DNA of 64,000 nt from Octopus vulgaris (Eukaryota): positions 111,848,001-111,912,000 of the forward strand of contig OX597816.1 of NCBI GenBank assembly GCA_951406725.2. Direction: 5' to 3'. The notes below the pieces were generated by a model, which searched no databases, was not told the origin of the DNA, and was given only the letters and a program-made list of their open reading frames with translations. Position numbers and translations under genes: made by a program. Each line of letters starts with the position of its first letter. Positions within the stretch are counted from its first letter, which is position 1. Positions 11,898-24,180 of this stretch are shown here, piece after piece.

Positions 11898-12350
11898 AGA
11901 GAGTGAAGTATGAGAGAATTAGGAAGGAGATTAGAAGATGGGAACCTGTGGAACATGATAGAGTGTTACTTTTTATGTGTGTGGTTTGTGGACGTAGGTA
12001 TTTGAGTCGTGCAGGCCTGGTGAGCCATCAAAATTCTCATAAAAATTGACCCATGATAAACAATGATGTGGCTATTCAAATTCATAACAGAACGTGTGTA
12101 AAATGTGGAAGAGTGTGCCTCTCAGTTGGCGGTCTAAAAAGACATGCTAAGAGAGTGCATATGGTGGCACCTGCTTCTCCTGCCAGTCAGCACAGTTGTC
12201 TAGTATGTAATAAAATGTGTAAAAGCTTGGCTGGGCTTAAAAGTCATATAAGGGCATTACATGGCAACAACCATGAATCATTTCAGTAAGTCTTTTTGCC
12301 AATAGCTTTTTTCATGTAATGAGGATGCAGCTGTGATACATACATACATA
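11898..12350 (+). mobile_element. LINE 3' end (probably RTE-like) encoding three C2H2 zinc fingers, with (CATA)n tail
   Basis: CVVCGRRYLSRAGLVSHQNSH, then a stop, then ORF 12053..12289 with CVKCGRVCLSVGGLKRHAKRVH and CLVCNKMCKSLAGLKSHIRALH; no TGEKP linkers; short UTR then CATACATACATA. Confidence 0.65.
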
Positions 12351-12396
12351 GTTGTGTACAAAAATAACTAAAACTCATACTTCAGATAACACGCAT

Positions 12397-12433
<37 letters not shown>

Positions 12434-12552
12434 TACATGCATTCTTATATTACCTATTTTACCATAGTCGTCGAACAGAAGACAAAGGATCATTTGCTAG
12501 AGTAATGTGATGCTCATTATGCTAAACTGAACAGAGAATCAGATTGAACATA

Positions 12553-12735
12553 CATCATCATTGTTTAACGTCCGTTTTCCATGCTAGTATAGGTTGGATG
12601 GTTTGACCGGAGTCTGGGAAGCCAGGGGCTGCACCAGGCTCCAGTCTGATTTGGCAGTGTTTCTATAGCTGGATGCCCTTCCTAATGCCAACCACTCCAA
12701 GAGTGTAGTGGGTGCTTTTTACGTGCCACTGGCAC
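12553..12735 (-). mobile_element. RTE 3'-UTR-derived short repeat
   Basis: CATCAT..GTTTAACGTCCGTTTTCCATGC..GGATGCCCTTCCTAATGCCAACC matches 4044-4230. Confidence 0.85.
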
Positions 12736-13116
12736 AATGAATTTTGAAAGTAAGTTAAGTTCTGTGGCAAATGGTACAAGTACATGTCTGTCATTGTGTT
12801 GTCAACCTCATATCTCAGACACAGCTAACTAGTTACCAGGTCATATCTATATAGTTAATTTAAACTGGCAGAGCTTTCCAGTAACACTATTAAACCAGAT
12901 GCTTTTGGAAATTGTTCATATTCCTAAATGTGAAAATGCCCTGGAAAAGGCTGATCAAATTTAATTCATTAATGTTTCAGAATATGACCCCAGAGCATTT
13001 TACTTCATCTTCTGTATTAAATGCCTGCACAAAATGAAGGTAAGTATTCCACCAGCCATATAACCAACAAGAAGAACATCATGAAAGTCTAGTAGAATTC
13101 TCAGTGTTGAACAGCC

Positions 13117-13435
13117 GAGAATTCTGTGGAAGCATCATCCAACCAAAATGCAAATATATGGGAAACTACCACCTGTGTCATTTCTTGTGAAAGGTAGGAG
13201 AGTCCAGTTTGCTGGACATTGTTGTAGAGCTGAAAACGAGGCAATTTCTACTCTTCTCCTCTGGAAGCCATCTACTCACATTACCAGAGGGCGCACACTC
13301 TCCTACCCTGATGTAATCTCCAGGGATACAGGCATCCAGCAGCAGGACCTCCGTAATGCTATGATGGACCGTGAAGTCTGGCGTAGCATGGTAAATTCCA
13401 TTGTCTCGACCACGGTCAAACAATGATGATGATAA
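13117..13435 (+). mobile_element. 5'-truncated RTE-like LINE 3' end with TSD
   Basis: ORF 13148..13426 (RRVQFAGHCCR, LLLWKP, RGR, AMMDREVWR), (TGA)n tail, 12-bp TSD TGTTGAACAGCC at 13105-13116 / 13436-13447. Confidence 0.9.
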
Positions 13436-15699
13436 TGTTGAACAGCCATTCTCAATGATGGTCTGAGCAAGGCCTACAGCTCAGTGGAAGTACTGCAGGA
13501 AAGAGTGCTTGATAAAAATCATCGTTTATGTACATCAAACAAAAATTTCTACAGATGCATGGCACAGAATCTGGTGACATTCTAGAAAGAATTTTGGAAG
13601 CAGAGGGACATTCTGACAAAAGAAAACAATTACAACTGGAATGTCATTGACTGTAGGTCTTTTCAATCAGAGTTGACTTGCGAAAAAGTGAAATAGTGTA
13701 ATACTTACAATGCTAAACCACATTGATTAATTACTATTGTTTCACACGAGGAAGTGAAACTACTATATTAATATATTCTATACTAAAGTACTAGTATAGA
13801 AAGTGAAACCACTATACTAATGCATTGCTCATATTATTTTTCTCAGGTATTCTGCAATTGACCTAATAATATATATTAGTACTTGAGGGTGTGGCATGCT
13901 TCAAAATATGCTAACAATTGTTAAAAGTTAACATATTCAAAAGCAAAACTTACAAACAAAAGAAAATATTCAATAATGAAAGTAAAATTGACTTCCACTA
14001 CACCATCTTGTAGTAATCAGATTCCAAAGCTAATTCAGACATAATTTCTGGTTTGGTGTACTCATCTGCCACTACTGATTTGATGGTATTGTCTTTTACA
14101 AACACTGGCAGTTATTCCTACTTGTTTTTCTGCATTTATTATTATAACCTGCTCGGTATTTTTTTCAAACACTTTACAATCCTAATTCAAACCTCACTGA
14201 GAATTTGTAAGACCATTGAAAAATGTGTTCGTTTCAGCTCTATATATTTTAAGTTCAAATTCCACCAAAGTCAATTTTGCCTGACTTTTCATTTTTCTTG
14301 GGAACAATTATTAAAGTACCAGTCAAGTATTGGAATCAAAATAAATGGCTAACAACTCCCTGCTAAGTTTATAATCTGGTGACAATGTTAACAGTGGTTA
14401 TTATTTTGTGCACATATTACCTAAAGCATGGCTTCAATGCATAAAGTGCTTTTTATTGTGTAAATTTGATATGTTATACTGTGATCATAATTGATAAAGT
14501 TGAACTTATGGAAAGGTGAAACTCAACACTGGTGTATCTGTGAGAAGCTTATGTACTTTGGCTCATTGACAATCTATGAAATAAGCAAAATCAAAAATTA
14601 TTCCAGTTCTTTGCTAATAATGAGTAAAAACACAATAAAAGACAGGAAAATCTCAGAACTAAATAAAGTTCCTATAATTTAGAATATGTGAATCTACTGA
14701 GTTATCTGTGAATTTCAAACAATGATATGGTTTAAAATATAAAATGGCAATAAACAATGGATTCAAAGGCTGTATTTGTTTTAATAAGTTTATCAAATTA
14801 GTTTCTGATGAATGATTAAGCTCTGAGATAGTCTATCATACCAATGATGCCACCCTATGTCAGAAATATACTCAAAGAAGAACTCACTCTGACAACTTAG
14901 GATACAGAATCACCCTCAAGTTATAAAGCTGAAAGACTGCTTCACTGAGCTGGACTGGTTTAATGCTGTATAACTCTATGATAATAGGTAAAAGTTTATG
15001 ACAGAGGGCCTTCAAAGACATGACAGTTTCTAGTGGTTTATCATGCCAACAAGAAGGGATGACTAACAACTAACATAAAATCGGAATGGTTTAAAAATTA
15101 TTTTGTACCTGAAATAAGAGCTCACTGTGACTTTATAGACCATAACTCCAAGTAAGGGTTACTTTAGACAACTGTTTTGCACTTACGTTAGCAAAACTGA
15201 TAGAAAATAATGTTTTCGTTATTTACTTCTTTCTAACTGTGCATCATAAAACTCGACCACTTGTGTTGGAAGGCAGCACTAAAGTTAACTGTCTTCTGAC
15301 AGTTATAAAAAACAATAATTTATAACAATTCTAACAAAACATAAAAGGATTCAGTGTTTGAGAACTAGTGACCATCTACAGTAAAATAGCTTATTGAAAT
15401 TTTTTCCTGATTTCTGTGTTTTAAACATTATTGTAATAAGTAATTACAACTGTAGTAATTGATATATAGTCATTCCTATCATTTTCAATTAGTTGAAAGG
15501 ACAGCATTTCAATAAGATTAAATCAACAAAGGTAAATCTAAATATAATCATTGTCCTTCAAATGTTATGCTTCTCTTTGAAAAGCATCAGGTCCTCTATT
15601 TTGTACTAAACAATGGCATAGTAAGTTCACTTATGTCTAAGAATCATTCCTTGCTTATGAGATTTCTGCTGAGTGTAGTTAATATTGACAGACTAACAC

Positions 15700-16320
15700 A
15701 GAAATTTTTTAAAGAAAATTAATAAAAGAGATATGGTTTATTGCATTGCAGACTTGGAAGTCTGTAGAGGCATCCATACTGAAAGATAAATGACATAAAT
15801 TCTGGCCAGATTTAACATTTAAATCTGCACTTGCTGAAGACATTACAAATGATTTTACAGAATTTTGGATTTCAAAAGAAAAGTAGATTATACATGAGCA
15901 GATTTCTTTTGCTCTTGATGCAACTAATCCTGCTATGAGGATCTTGCACTGAGGATGGGTGAAGATAATAATGTTGAAACGAGTAAATCTAGATGATGCT
16001 GCAGTTGTTGTTCATCATTTGACTCACTCAGAAATCAGGCAGATGTTTGTAAATCTTGAGAAAGATGGTAGTAAAGAAGAAAGCAGTGATGAAAATGAGA
16101 AAAATGTAGCCAAAACAATCTCTGTTGACAGATGAATTCATTTGACAGGTGAGGAGCTAAAAGGCCCAGAGCAATACATCTTTATAACTAAAGAAGATAT
16201 AATGAATATTTACATGCCGCAGGATAAAATAATCTAAGAAATGCTAAAATGTATGAAGCAGCTCAGCTTAGCTTAGAGGACAAGTTTTAAACAAAATAAA
16301 ATCTATGAAAATGAATCAGT
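15700..16320 (+). pseudogene. Highly decayed pogo/Tigger (jerky-like) transposase C-terminus
   Basis: Broken peptides TWKSV, HKFWPDL, NLDDAAVVVHHLTHSEIRQMFV followed by an acidic stretch; recognition by eye only. Confidence 0.4.
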
Positions 16321-16349
16321 ACCATCAACATGCCCATCAAGATTTGTTG

Positions 16350-16413
<64 letters not shown>

Positions 16414-16553
16414 TGCGCACGTGTGTGTATATATATATATATATACATTATATATATTTTTTCCTTGTGGCAAGATCAGTGACTGATTGGCATTTAGTTT
16501 TCACTATATTGAAAACCGGAGCAAATTCCTGCTATCTCTAGTGGTTGGGTGTC

Positions 16554-16595
16554 CACCACTGAAGACAGGCACAAATAGCCTGAAGCTGTCGTCTG
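16554..16595 (+). ncRNA. Degenerate hammerhead-like motif
   Basis: CTGAAGA-CAGGC-ACAAATA-GCCT-GAAGCTGTC; stem II AGGC/GCCT present, GAAAC/stem III damaged, stem I poor. Confidence 0.35.
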
Positions 16596-16797
16596 TTAGA
16601 AGAAAGTAGGGATTCACTTCCCTGCTTGCAATATATACCAGGTGCATATTGCACCAATAACCAGCTTGCAGAGGTTCTGCCTGGGATTAAACAGTAGTAA
16701 CGTTGAACAGCCATATTGATGTGGTGATAAACATTACTTCTCAGTATAGTTGTTACTTTCATCTTTTATTGAGATTCCTAACTAGCTACTTTGCTTG

Positions 16798-16835
<38 letters not shown>

Positions 16836-16849
16836 CGTTGGTAAAGCAT

Positions 16850-18280
16850 AAATCTGTAAAAGAAGCACACTCTAAGTTATAGAGCAGTATAGTATAAAGA
16901 TATGTAAGGCCAGTCTTAAAATCTGCTGAGGATAATTGCATTACAAGAATGAAAGAAATGTTGAAAAATAGGCAAAATGAAAATACAAATTCAAATCATT
17001 TTTCACAATGTTTTAAAGCACGTGCAAAGAGTTGTAGTACCAACTGCACTACAGAAACGTGCATTGCATGAATTCTACAGTGGACTCCCAGGAATGTTGA
17101 GAATGAAAGCCTTGATGAGGAACTATGTATATTGACCGACAATAGACCAGGACATTGGAAATTGTGTAAAATCATGCAGAGGTTGTGCACTACCAACCAA
17201 AGCACTACTGGTGAAATACCAATCATGGCCTGAGATGGATAGTTCATGGTCCAGAGTACATATTGACTCTGCTGGACCAGTGAACCAAGTATACTTTCTA
17301 ATTGTTATTGATAGCAGCCAGAAGTATGCAGGTGCAACAAACCAGCCTCAAACACAAAAATAAATTTATTGTATTAAGTATTTGCCCAATACAGTGTTCC
17401 AGACACTTTAGTATCAGATAATGGGACACAATTTATTAGTAGTGGATTCAAAAATTTCAGAAAAATTTCTGCAGTAAAGTATATTTTTACCCCACTCTAC
17501 CACCTAAGGTCAAGCGAGCAGGTGGAAAGATTCATTGATACTTTCATGCAAGCATTAAAACAAGCAAGAAATGACGTAGGAAATGACAAAATGCTAACAA
17601 AATACTTGAGGGTATATAGAGTAACACCCAATCTGAATCCCACTTTAGGAAAGTTTCCGGCAGAGTTAATGTTCACGGGAAAAATAAAATCGATCTTCAA
17701 TAAATTACTGCCAGGAAAAATGTATTTAAAATAAAAATACAGAAAAAGCAACAAAACATTTTGAAGTAGGAGATAAAGTTCTGTTTAAAATTTAGAAAAC
17801 AGGTAAAGACAGCTAGGAGGATGGTTTTGTAACTAAAAGATTAGGAAGCATAATGTATGTAATTAAAGTACAACATTGCGAATATAAGAGAAACTTAAAC
17901 CAATTAAAGGTGAAACATACTGAAAAACAAAAGGAAATACCAATGGAAATCTGCTATGACATGTTTGGGGTGCCACCACTGAAAGAGATTAAGCCTTGTA
18001 GAAGCATCAGTAGGAAAAGGAAATAGGCTGTACACTTAGAAATAATGCCAAAAGGAAAAAGATATTAAATTTTCTTAAAAAAAATCTCAAAAGGGAAGAT
18101 GTGATGAGTCACGATGCCCCCTTGCAAGAAATAGACTGGACTAAGCAATTATAAATAGTAGTGGTCGAAGTGAAGTTCAAGTTTTAGTTCAAGTTGAGTT
18201 CAAAGTGAAGTTGGAAGGTGTCGGTTGGTTAGTTCATTTGGAATATTGATTGTCGGTTCATGAACAGATTGTTGGATCAT
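16850..18280 (+). mobile_element. Gypsy/Ty3 LTR retrotransposon remnant: integrase, PPT and start of 3' LTR
   Basis: LHSGLPGMLRMKALMRNYVY, VKSCRGC, WSRVHIDSAGP, VPDTLVSDNGTQF, QVERFIDTF, YRVTPN, PAELMF; purine tract AAAAGGGAAGA (18089-18099) followed by TG at 18100 and TATAAATA near 18150. Confidence 0.9.
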
Positions 18281-18339
18281 TACATTGTTATTATGGCTGC
18301 ATCATTATCTTGTTCACTGCTACAACACTGGTACAGTGT

Positions 18340-18520
18340 ATCTAAACTATCCATCACAATATCGTGGTAGTACCACGACATTTGGAGATGGAGGATACAA
18401 CAGATCTTAAAGAACCTCCTCAGATATTTTAAATGGAACATATCTAGCTTTTGTGATATGTTAGTTGTGATTAACCAAGAAGAATCTTTAAATCTAAATT
18501 CCCACCCTTCACAGTTCATG
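18340..18520 (-). mobile_element. Decayed RTE-like RT C-terminal fragment
   Basis: SWLITTNISQKLDMFHLKYLRRFFKI resembles the RTE motif ETW..KL..FH..CLRRILKI. Confidence 0.5.
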
Positions 18521-18749
18521 TTATATAATCTTGGAATAATTTCTAAATATGTTTGATAGTGACTGACAGAATAGTTACCAAGCTCAAAAAAAAAAAAAGT
18601 ATTGGGGTTGATTCATTCAAATAAACTTTTTCAAGTCCATGCCCCAGCATGGCCACAGTCTAATGACTGAAACAGGTAAAAGATTAAACATAAAAGAAGA
18701 ATCAAAATATAAATTTTAATTCAAAATCACAGCTAAACCATTACATTAA

Positions 18750-19195
18750 TCACCATCATTGTTTAACATCCTCTTTCCATGCTAGCATTGGTTGAATGGT
18801 TTGACATGGAATTGGCTAGCAGGGAGCTGTCTAGACCCCAACTGTCTGTTGTGATATGGTTTCTACAGCTGGATACCCTTCTTAGCACCAATCACTTAAC
18901 AGAGTGTGCTGGGTTCTTTTTATATGCCACCGGCCTAGGTACATTTATGCAGCACCGGCACTGGTTCTTTTTAAGTGGCACTGGCACCTGTAAAGGACAA
19001 GCCTGTATATGTAGAAGACAGTGATTTTACTTGGTTTGATGTATCTTATCAAGTACAGCAAATCACCACATCTCCCCATTCCTTATTACTTCCTCAGTGA
19101 GGCCCAGTATCTAAAGATCCTTTCTCACCACTTTTTCTCACATCTTCCTGAGTATATCCCTTCCACAGATACCCTCCACGATTAGCAACACCTAA
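18750..19195 (-). mobile_element. Older copy of the RTE 3' end
   Basis: Diverged match to 4044-4660, including the UTR box GGATACCCTTC and the GRPRKTW-equivalent region. Confidence 0.7.
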
Positions 19196-21959
19196 CTTGT
19201 ATCACCTCTTGTGCCAGAAGTTTGATTTTGATCATCAACCATGATTTGCAAAGATTGCATCAAAGTTTTCATGACCTGATTACACATGCACCATTCTGAC
19301 AATCCGCTGAATTTCAGATTTGCCAGTGGCTGGTATGCTGTCATACAGCTTTTCCCCAGAAGAAAATGGAGCAGGAGAAAGAATGAACAAAACAACAGAA
19401 TTATATTGTAAATGTTGCTTCAATACGTTATTGGTCAGCAGCACACATTTCAACTAAATTAAGAGAATAATTAAGAGATGAATTAAGAGAATTCTCTGCT
19501 GATTACCACTTTTATAACTAGCTATAACTGGAGTATTGTTATGGCACTGAGATCGATAATCTCTTAACAGCATTTCGTCTTTTACTACTTGTTCCAAAAT
19601 GGCTTCCACTGCATTTCAAAACCCATTTGTTTTAATGTTGGTCAATTGCAAATAATTCCAACAATTTATTATAGCTTAATGTTATAGTGTCTTACATTTT
19701 CTTCTGACTTTGATTACTCAAGTAAAAATGAATTTTTAATTCTTTGGGCCTATTAAATTGGAGAGTTAAAAATATAAGAATATTTTATTGAAATATTATT
19801 TTCAAAACTAGTGTTGAACAAAGTCATCAATACTATGATATCAAAGGCCAGTTTAAAAATTCTAGTATTTTAATACAAAATTTACATAGAGATATAGATA
19901 TATGCATATACACATGTATAATAATTGTGCGATATGATATATATGCACACACACATATATATACATATACATACATACATATATATACATACATATACAT
20001 ATATATATATATATATTTATAGTTTGGTATGAGATGAAAATTTCAGATATTTGTCTTAAATATTCAGACAAGCAAATTCATAATTCAGATGTATGACATG
20101 AGATATTATTCCATTCAAATAACCACATATTTATATTAAGACATACATGATAAGACTATAGAAATATAAGAATATAAACATAAAAAATAAAAAAACATAA
20201 AAAAATATAGAAGGTGTACCATGAAAGTATAATATATAGCTAGAACAGATTAAAGGAGGCGAGTGAAAGGATCAGTCCAAACCTACAGCTACTTCAGTTA
20301 AGTTTTAAGGGGCTGTAGGAAATAATCCAAATTCAACTCCCTGTTTTATGGTTTTTTAATTTTTTATGGTGCTCCAGCATGGCCACGGTCTAATAATAGA
20401 AACAAGTAAAAGATAAATATGCATATGTGTGTGTGTTTGTGAGTGTGTGACCATTTAAAATATAAAGCATATCTTAACAAAATATACAACTTATCAGAAA
20501 ATGCAACTCTACAAAACTTGCCACTTAATGCATGTGCTTTCTCTGCCCCAACCTTGCACCTTTGCATACAACATCATCACGCAAATTTGTTTTCCATTTG
20601 AAACGATAATTGAATCTCAAAACACTGTGATGTAATCACATCTTCTCTTCGTAAACAACCAAAACACACCCTAAAATATCTCATCTGACAAACAAGCTGG
20701 CCACAGCACTGCAGTAAAATGAAATAAAATTGTATGTCTGCTTTACCAAAGTGATACTAGCTAAAGTTGGCAAAGTGAAATTGGTATTCTCTACTAAAAG
20801 ACTGTCCACTATTGGAACAAAAGCATTATATAATGGAAGTATTATCTTGTATCTGTTTGTTTTATTATAACATGTAAATACGATAAAATTCTAAGGTAAT
20901 CCAGTTATTACCATTTATCAGGCATTCTATATCTGAGACAACATTATCCAAAATCTTTTGTTTTCAAGAGAAGAGGATGTAATTTAAAAGAAATTTCGCT
21001 GCTACTGTTAGTAAGTCAAGTAAGAATGTAGTTGCTCCTTTGGTTATTTGTGGAGATGTTGCTATTCTTTATGTGCAGTGTATTAGTATTGCTATTTCCC
21101 TCCTATAGAAGTAAGCTCTATAATTGTAGTTGTCCTCCTACTATGATTCTTGCTGCCATTTGTGAAAAGATTGCTATCTGACTCATCCCAAAATGAGAGA
21201 TTGCTATGTTGCTATTTTCCTCCAACATACAAATCAATTCTTAAAAAAAATAAAATTGTTTCTTTTAGTTACTGCCAATGTTACATGTCTACAAATACCT
21301 CAAAAAGTGATTCACATTTAACAGAAATCAATATTTCCCCTCTTTTTCCATTAAAAAAATAAGGACCCTACCCACAAAATGTTAGAACTCTCCTTTACTA
21401 ACATTACATAATTTTATCTTGTTTTATGAACTGTGTGAATTGTGATTTTTTCTTTTTCATTTTTTATTCCACAGATACTCCTCCATACATCTTCATAGAT
21501 TCCTTTTGTCATGGTTTCAAGTGTTTGCTTTGTTTTTTGATTAAATTTGTTTATCGTTTTATCTATGCTCATTGTTTCTAAATTCTTTGTTTATCAATAA
21601 TAAAAATGACAATCTTCAATATTGGCCACTAATTTTTGACAGACTTATGTTAAACCAGCCCCAGTTATCAGCATTACTTTACAACGGAAATCCCATTGAT
21701 TGTATTTCATCTCTAAAACTTATTCATTTTCATTCTAAATGAAAAGATCCATTAAGTTATTATTAATAAACATATTGTTTTACCAAACTGACATACTAGA
21801 TTTCAATGATCCAATGAGGGTGTCTTTTACATTGTCATTCCGCCTATGAGAAAGAAGGTGGTGGTGCTGCTGATGATGGTGATGGTGATGATGATGATGG
21901 TTGTGGTGGTGGTGGTGCTGATGATGATGATGAATAAACAGAAGCAACCCTCTTAAATA

Positions 21960-22250
21960 CAAGATAGATTGACTGTAGAAAATGAAAATGGTGAAGACAG
22001 TGCCAGTTATTGCTGGGACTCCAGAGACACTATCAGAAGATATTGAGAGGAATATAAAGGAAATGGGAACTGTAACAAAAGGTTTGCCTCCTTTGTATGG
22101 TCAGAATCATCAAGAAAGTACTAGATAGCTGAAGAGCACAGATAGCATGGTACCGTAGGCTGCAGGTAGCAAGCCTGCTACTCATGCAAGACTCGAGGAG
22201 TTCCAACAAAACTTTATTTAAAAGAATAATAATAAAAATAACAATAATGT
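21960..22250 (+). mobile_element. R4/Dong-like LINE 3' end with (TAA)n tail
   Basis: VKTVPVIAG and QKVCLLCMVRIIKKVL resemble the REL C-terminus (VPVVIGALG..QK..LL.TARI.RKVL); short UTR then AATAATAATAA. Confidence 0.55.
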
Positions 22251-23094
22251 GCTTATTATGATGCTCAGGTGCACTACAACTTTTGGAAAAGAGTAAAAAA
22301 GGGACAGAAAAGCAACAATATGTCAAGTAAAGAAAGACACATATAAAAACCAAAAGTACATGCACAGCATACAGGATAACACTAAAAGACAGAAAAGGGA
22401 ACAGTAAAAGGGTCATAAAGAGGAAAGTGCTAGCAAATTTTGGAAAGAATGGAATATTTGAAGGATGCAGTGTCCTGACAGCTAAGAACTACCACAAAAT
22501 TTTTATTCCATACTTTGATAATTTTGAACATGAAAGGATATTTCTAAAAGTCATAGGTGCTGTGCTGTTTTTCTTTTATCTTATAAAAAGGAAGGACACA
22601 TTGGATAATGTAGTACATGGTATTCAAAATGATAGGAGAGTCTTGCTCTGAAAACCTTTAATAATAGGACAATTTGATGAAGGATAACTTGGGGCTAAAC
22701 ATCAATGACTTCTAGAAGAGTTCGAAGTAAAAATATGGGATAATGTATAGAAAAATCTCGAGAAATCACATATTTGATTAGAAAAGTTTTAAAAGAAGAG
22801 ACAGCAGCCATGACCTATTCATATTTTCTAAACTACAAAATAAGGTTGATGGAATAAATGTTTGGTTTGAATTATTGCAATAAAAAAAGGCAATAGAATC
22901 AGTTGGGAAAAAATTATTCTTATACAAAAAAAAGGTAGAAATATGATCTTTTTTTAAAACTGAACAATCAGTAGAATTTTGAACCTTGTGGGTTTTTCTT
23001 TTATCTTCATTTACTTTCAATATTCAAATTTCATTGCAAGGTCCACTTTGCCTTTTATCCTTGCAATGTCAAGATATAAGCATTGGTTGAATAA

Positions 23095-23295
23095 ATAAAT
23101 ACTGATTTCAAATTTTCACACAAAGCCAGCAATTTTGGAGGAAGGGATAAATTGATTACATCAACCTCAGTGTTCCTCTGGTATTTATTTTATCAGCCCT
23201 GAAAGGACGAAAGGCAAAATTGACCTTAGTAGAATTTGAACTCAGAACATAAACGGATGAAATGCCAGTAAGCATTTTGCCAGCACACTGCCTTG
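23095..23295 (-). mobile_element. SINE family A-related, diverged
   Basis: CTGGTATTTATTTTATCAGCCCTGAAAGGACGAAAGGCAAA..GAATTTGAACTCAGAAC is the reverse complement of the family A core. Confidence 0.7.
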
Positions 23296-23969
23296 AATAA
23301 ATAAATAATGACTTGATGTAATTGACCATAGATATCTAGGTGGTACTCTATCATAGCCAGAGTTCAATGTCAGAAACCAGTAAACTAATTAAAAAACATC
23401 TCTCACTGAGACTTTCTATCTCAAGATACAGAAGTATGTCTCTACCCAGTCTCAAAATAGAAAGAAGAATAAAAAAGCCAGTTCTCTCTTTCTTAACAAT
23501 TTTAGCAACCATCTGCAGTATTTCCAAGATAAGAGATACCTTATTAATTTGCGCCATCATTATGTATCTCTTTTTCTCCTTAGCAACCACAACACATGTT
23601 TAAACAGTCCACATTAATAAAGATGTCTTTCTTTGTCAAACATTAATAGTGATGTCTTTCTTTAAGTATCTGTCATACTGGATTTTAAATAAGTCAAACA
23701 AGGAAATTATTGACAATTGTATCAACTTTGCAAACTCAAATCATTTGAATTAGAAATCGCTTTATAAGTTACTCCTTTACATCTATGTTTATCTGGAGCC
23801 TTTTAATCAATTAACAAACACCTTCCCAACATATACTTTCTTCTTTATATCAATGAAATCTGAGATATATAAGCTGTATACAGTTTTGAATTAATGAGCT
23901 CACCTTTCATATAAACAATGCATTTATGTCTGTGGTTATTGTTTATATACAAATCAGTTCTCAACAGAA

Positions 23970-24180
23970 TAATAATCCTTTCTGCTATAGGCATAAGGCT
24001 TGAAATTTTGGGGGTGGGGGTAAGTCAATTACATCAACCCCAGTACTCAACTGGTATTTAATTTATCTACCCTGAAAGGATGTAATGCAAAGTCGAATTT
24101 GAACTCAGAATGTAGTGGCAGACGAAATACCGCTAAGCATTTTGCCCAGTATGTTAACATTTCTGCCAGATTGCCACCTA
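23970..24180 (-). mobile_element. SINE family A-related
   Basis: GAATTTGAACTCAGAATGTAGTGGCAGACGAAATACCGCTAAGCATTTTGCCC matches the family A head. Confidence 0.75.

Noticed and set aside
12053-12289. Host C2H2 zinc-finger gene
   Set aside because: No TGEKP linkers, in-frame stop after the first finger, and a retroposon-like tail; better explained as a LINE end
21780-21962. Poly-His ORF
   Set aside because: Translation of a (TGA/TGG)n microsatellite
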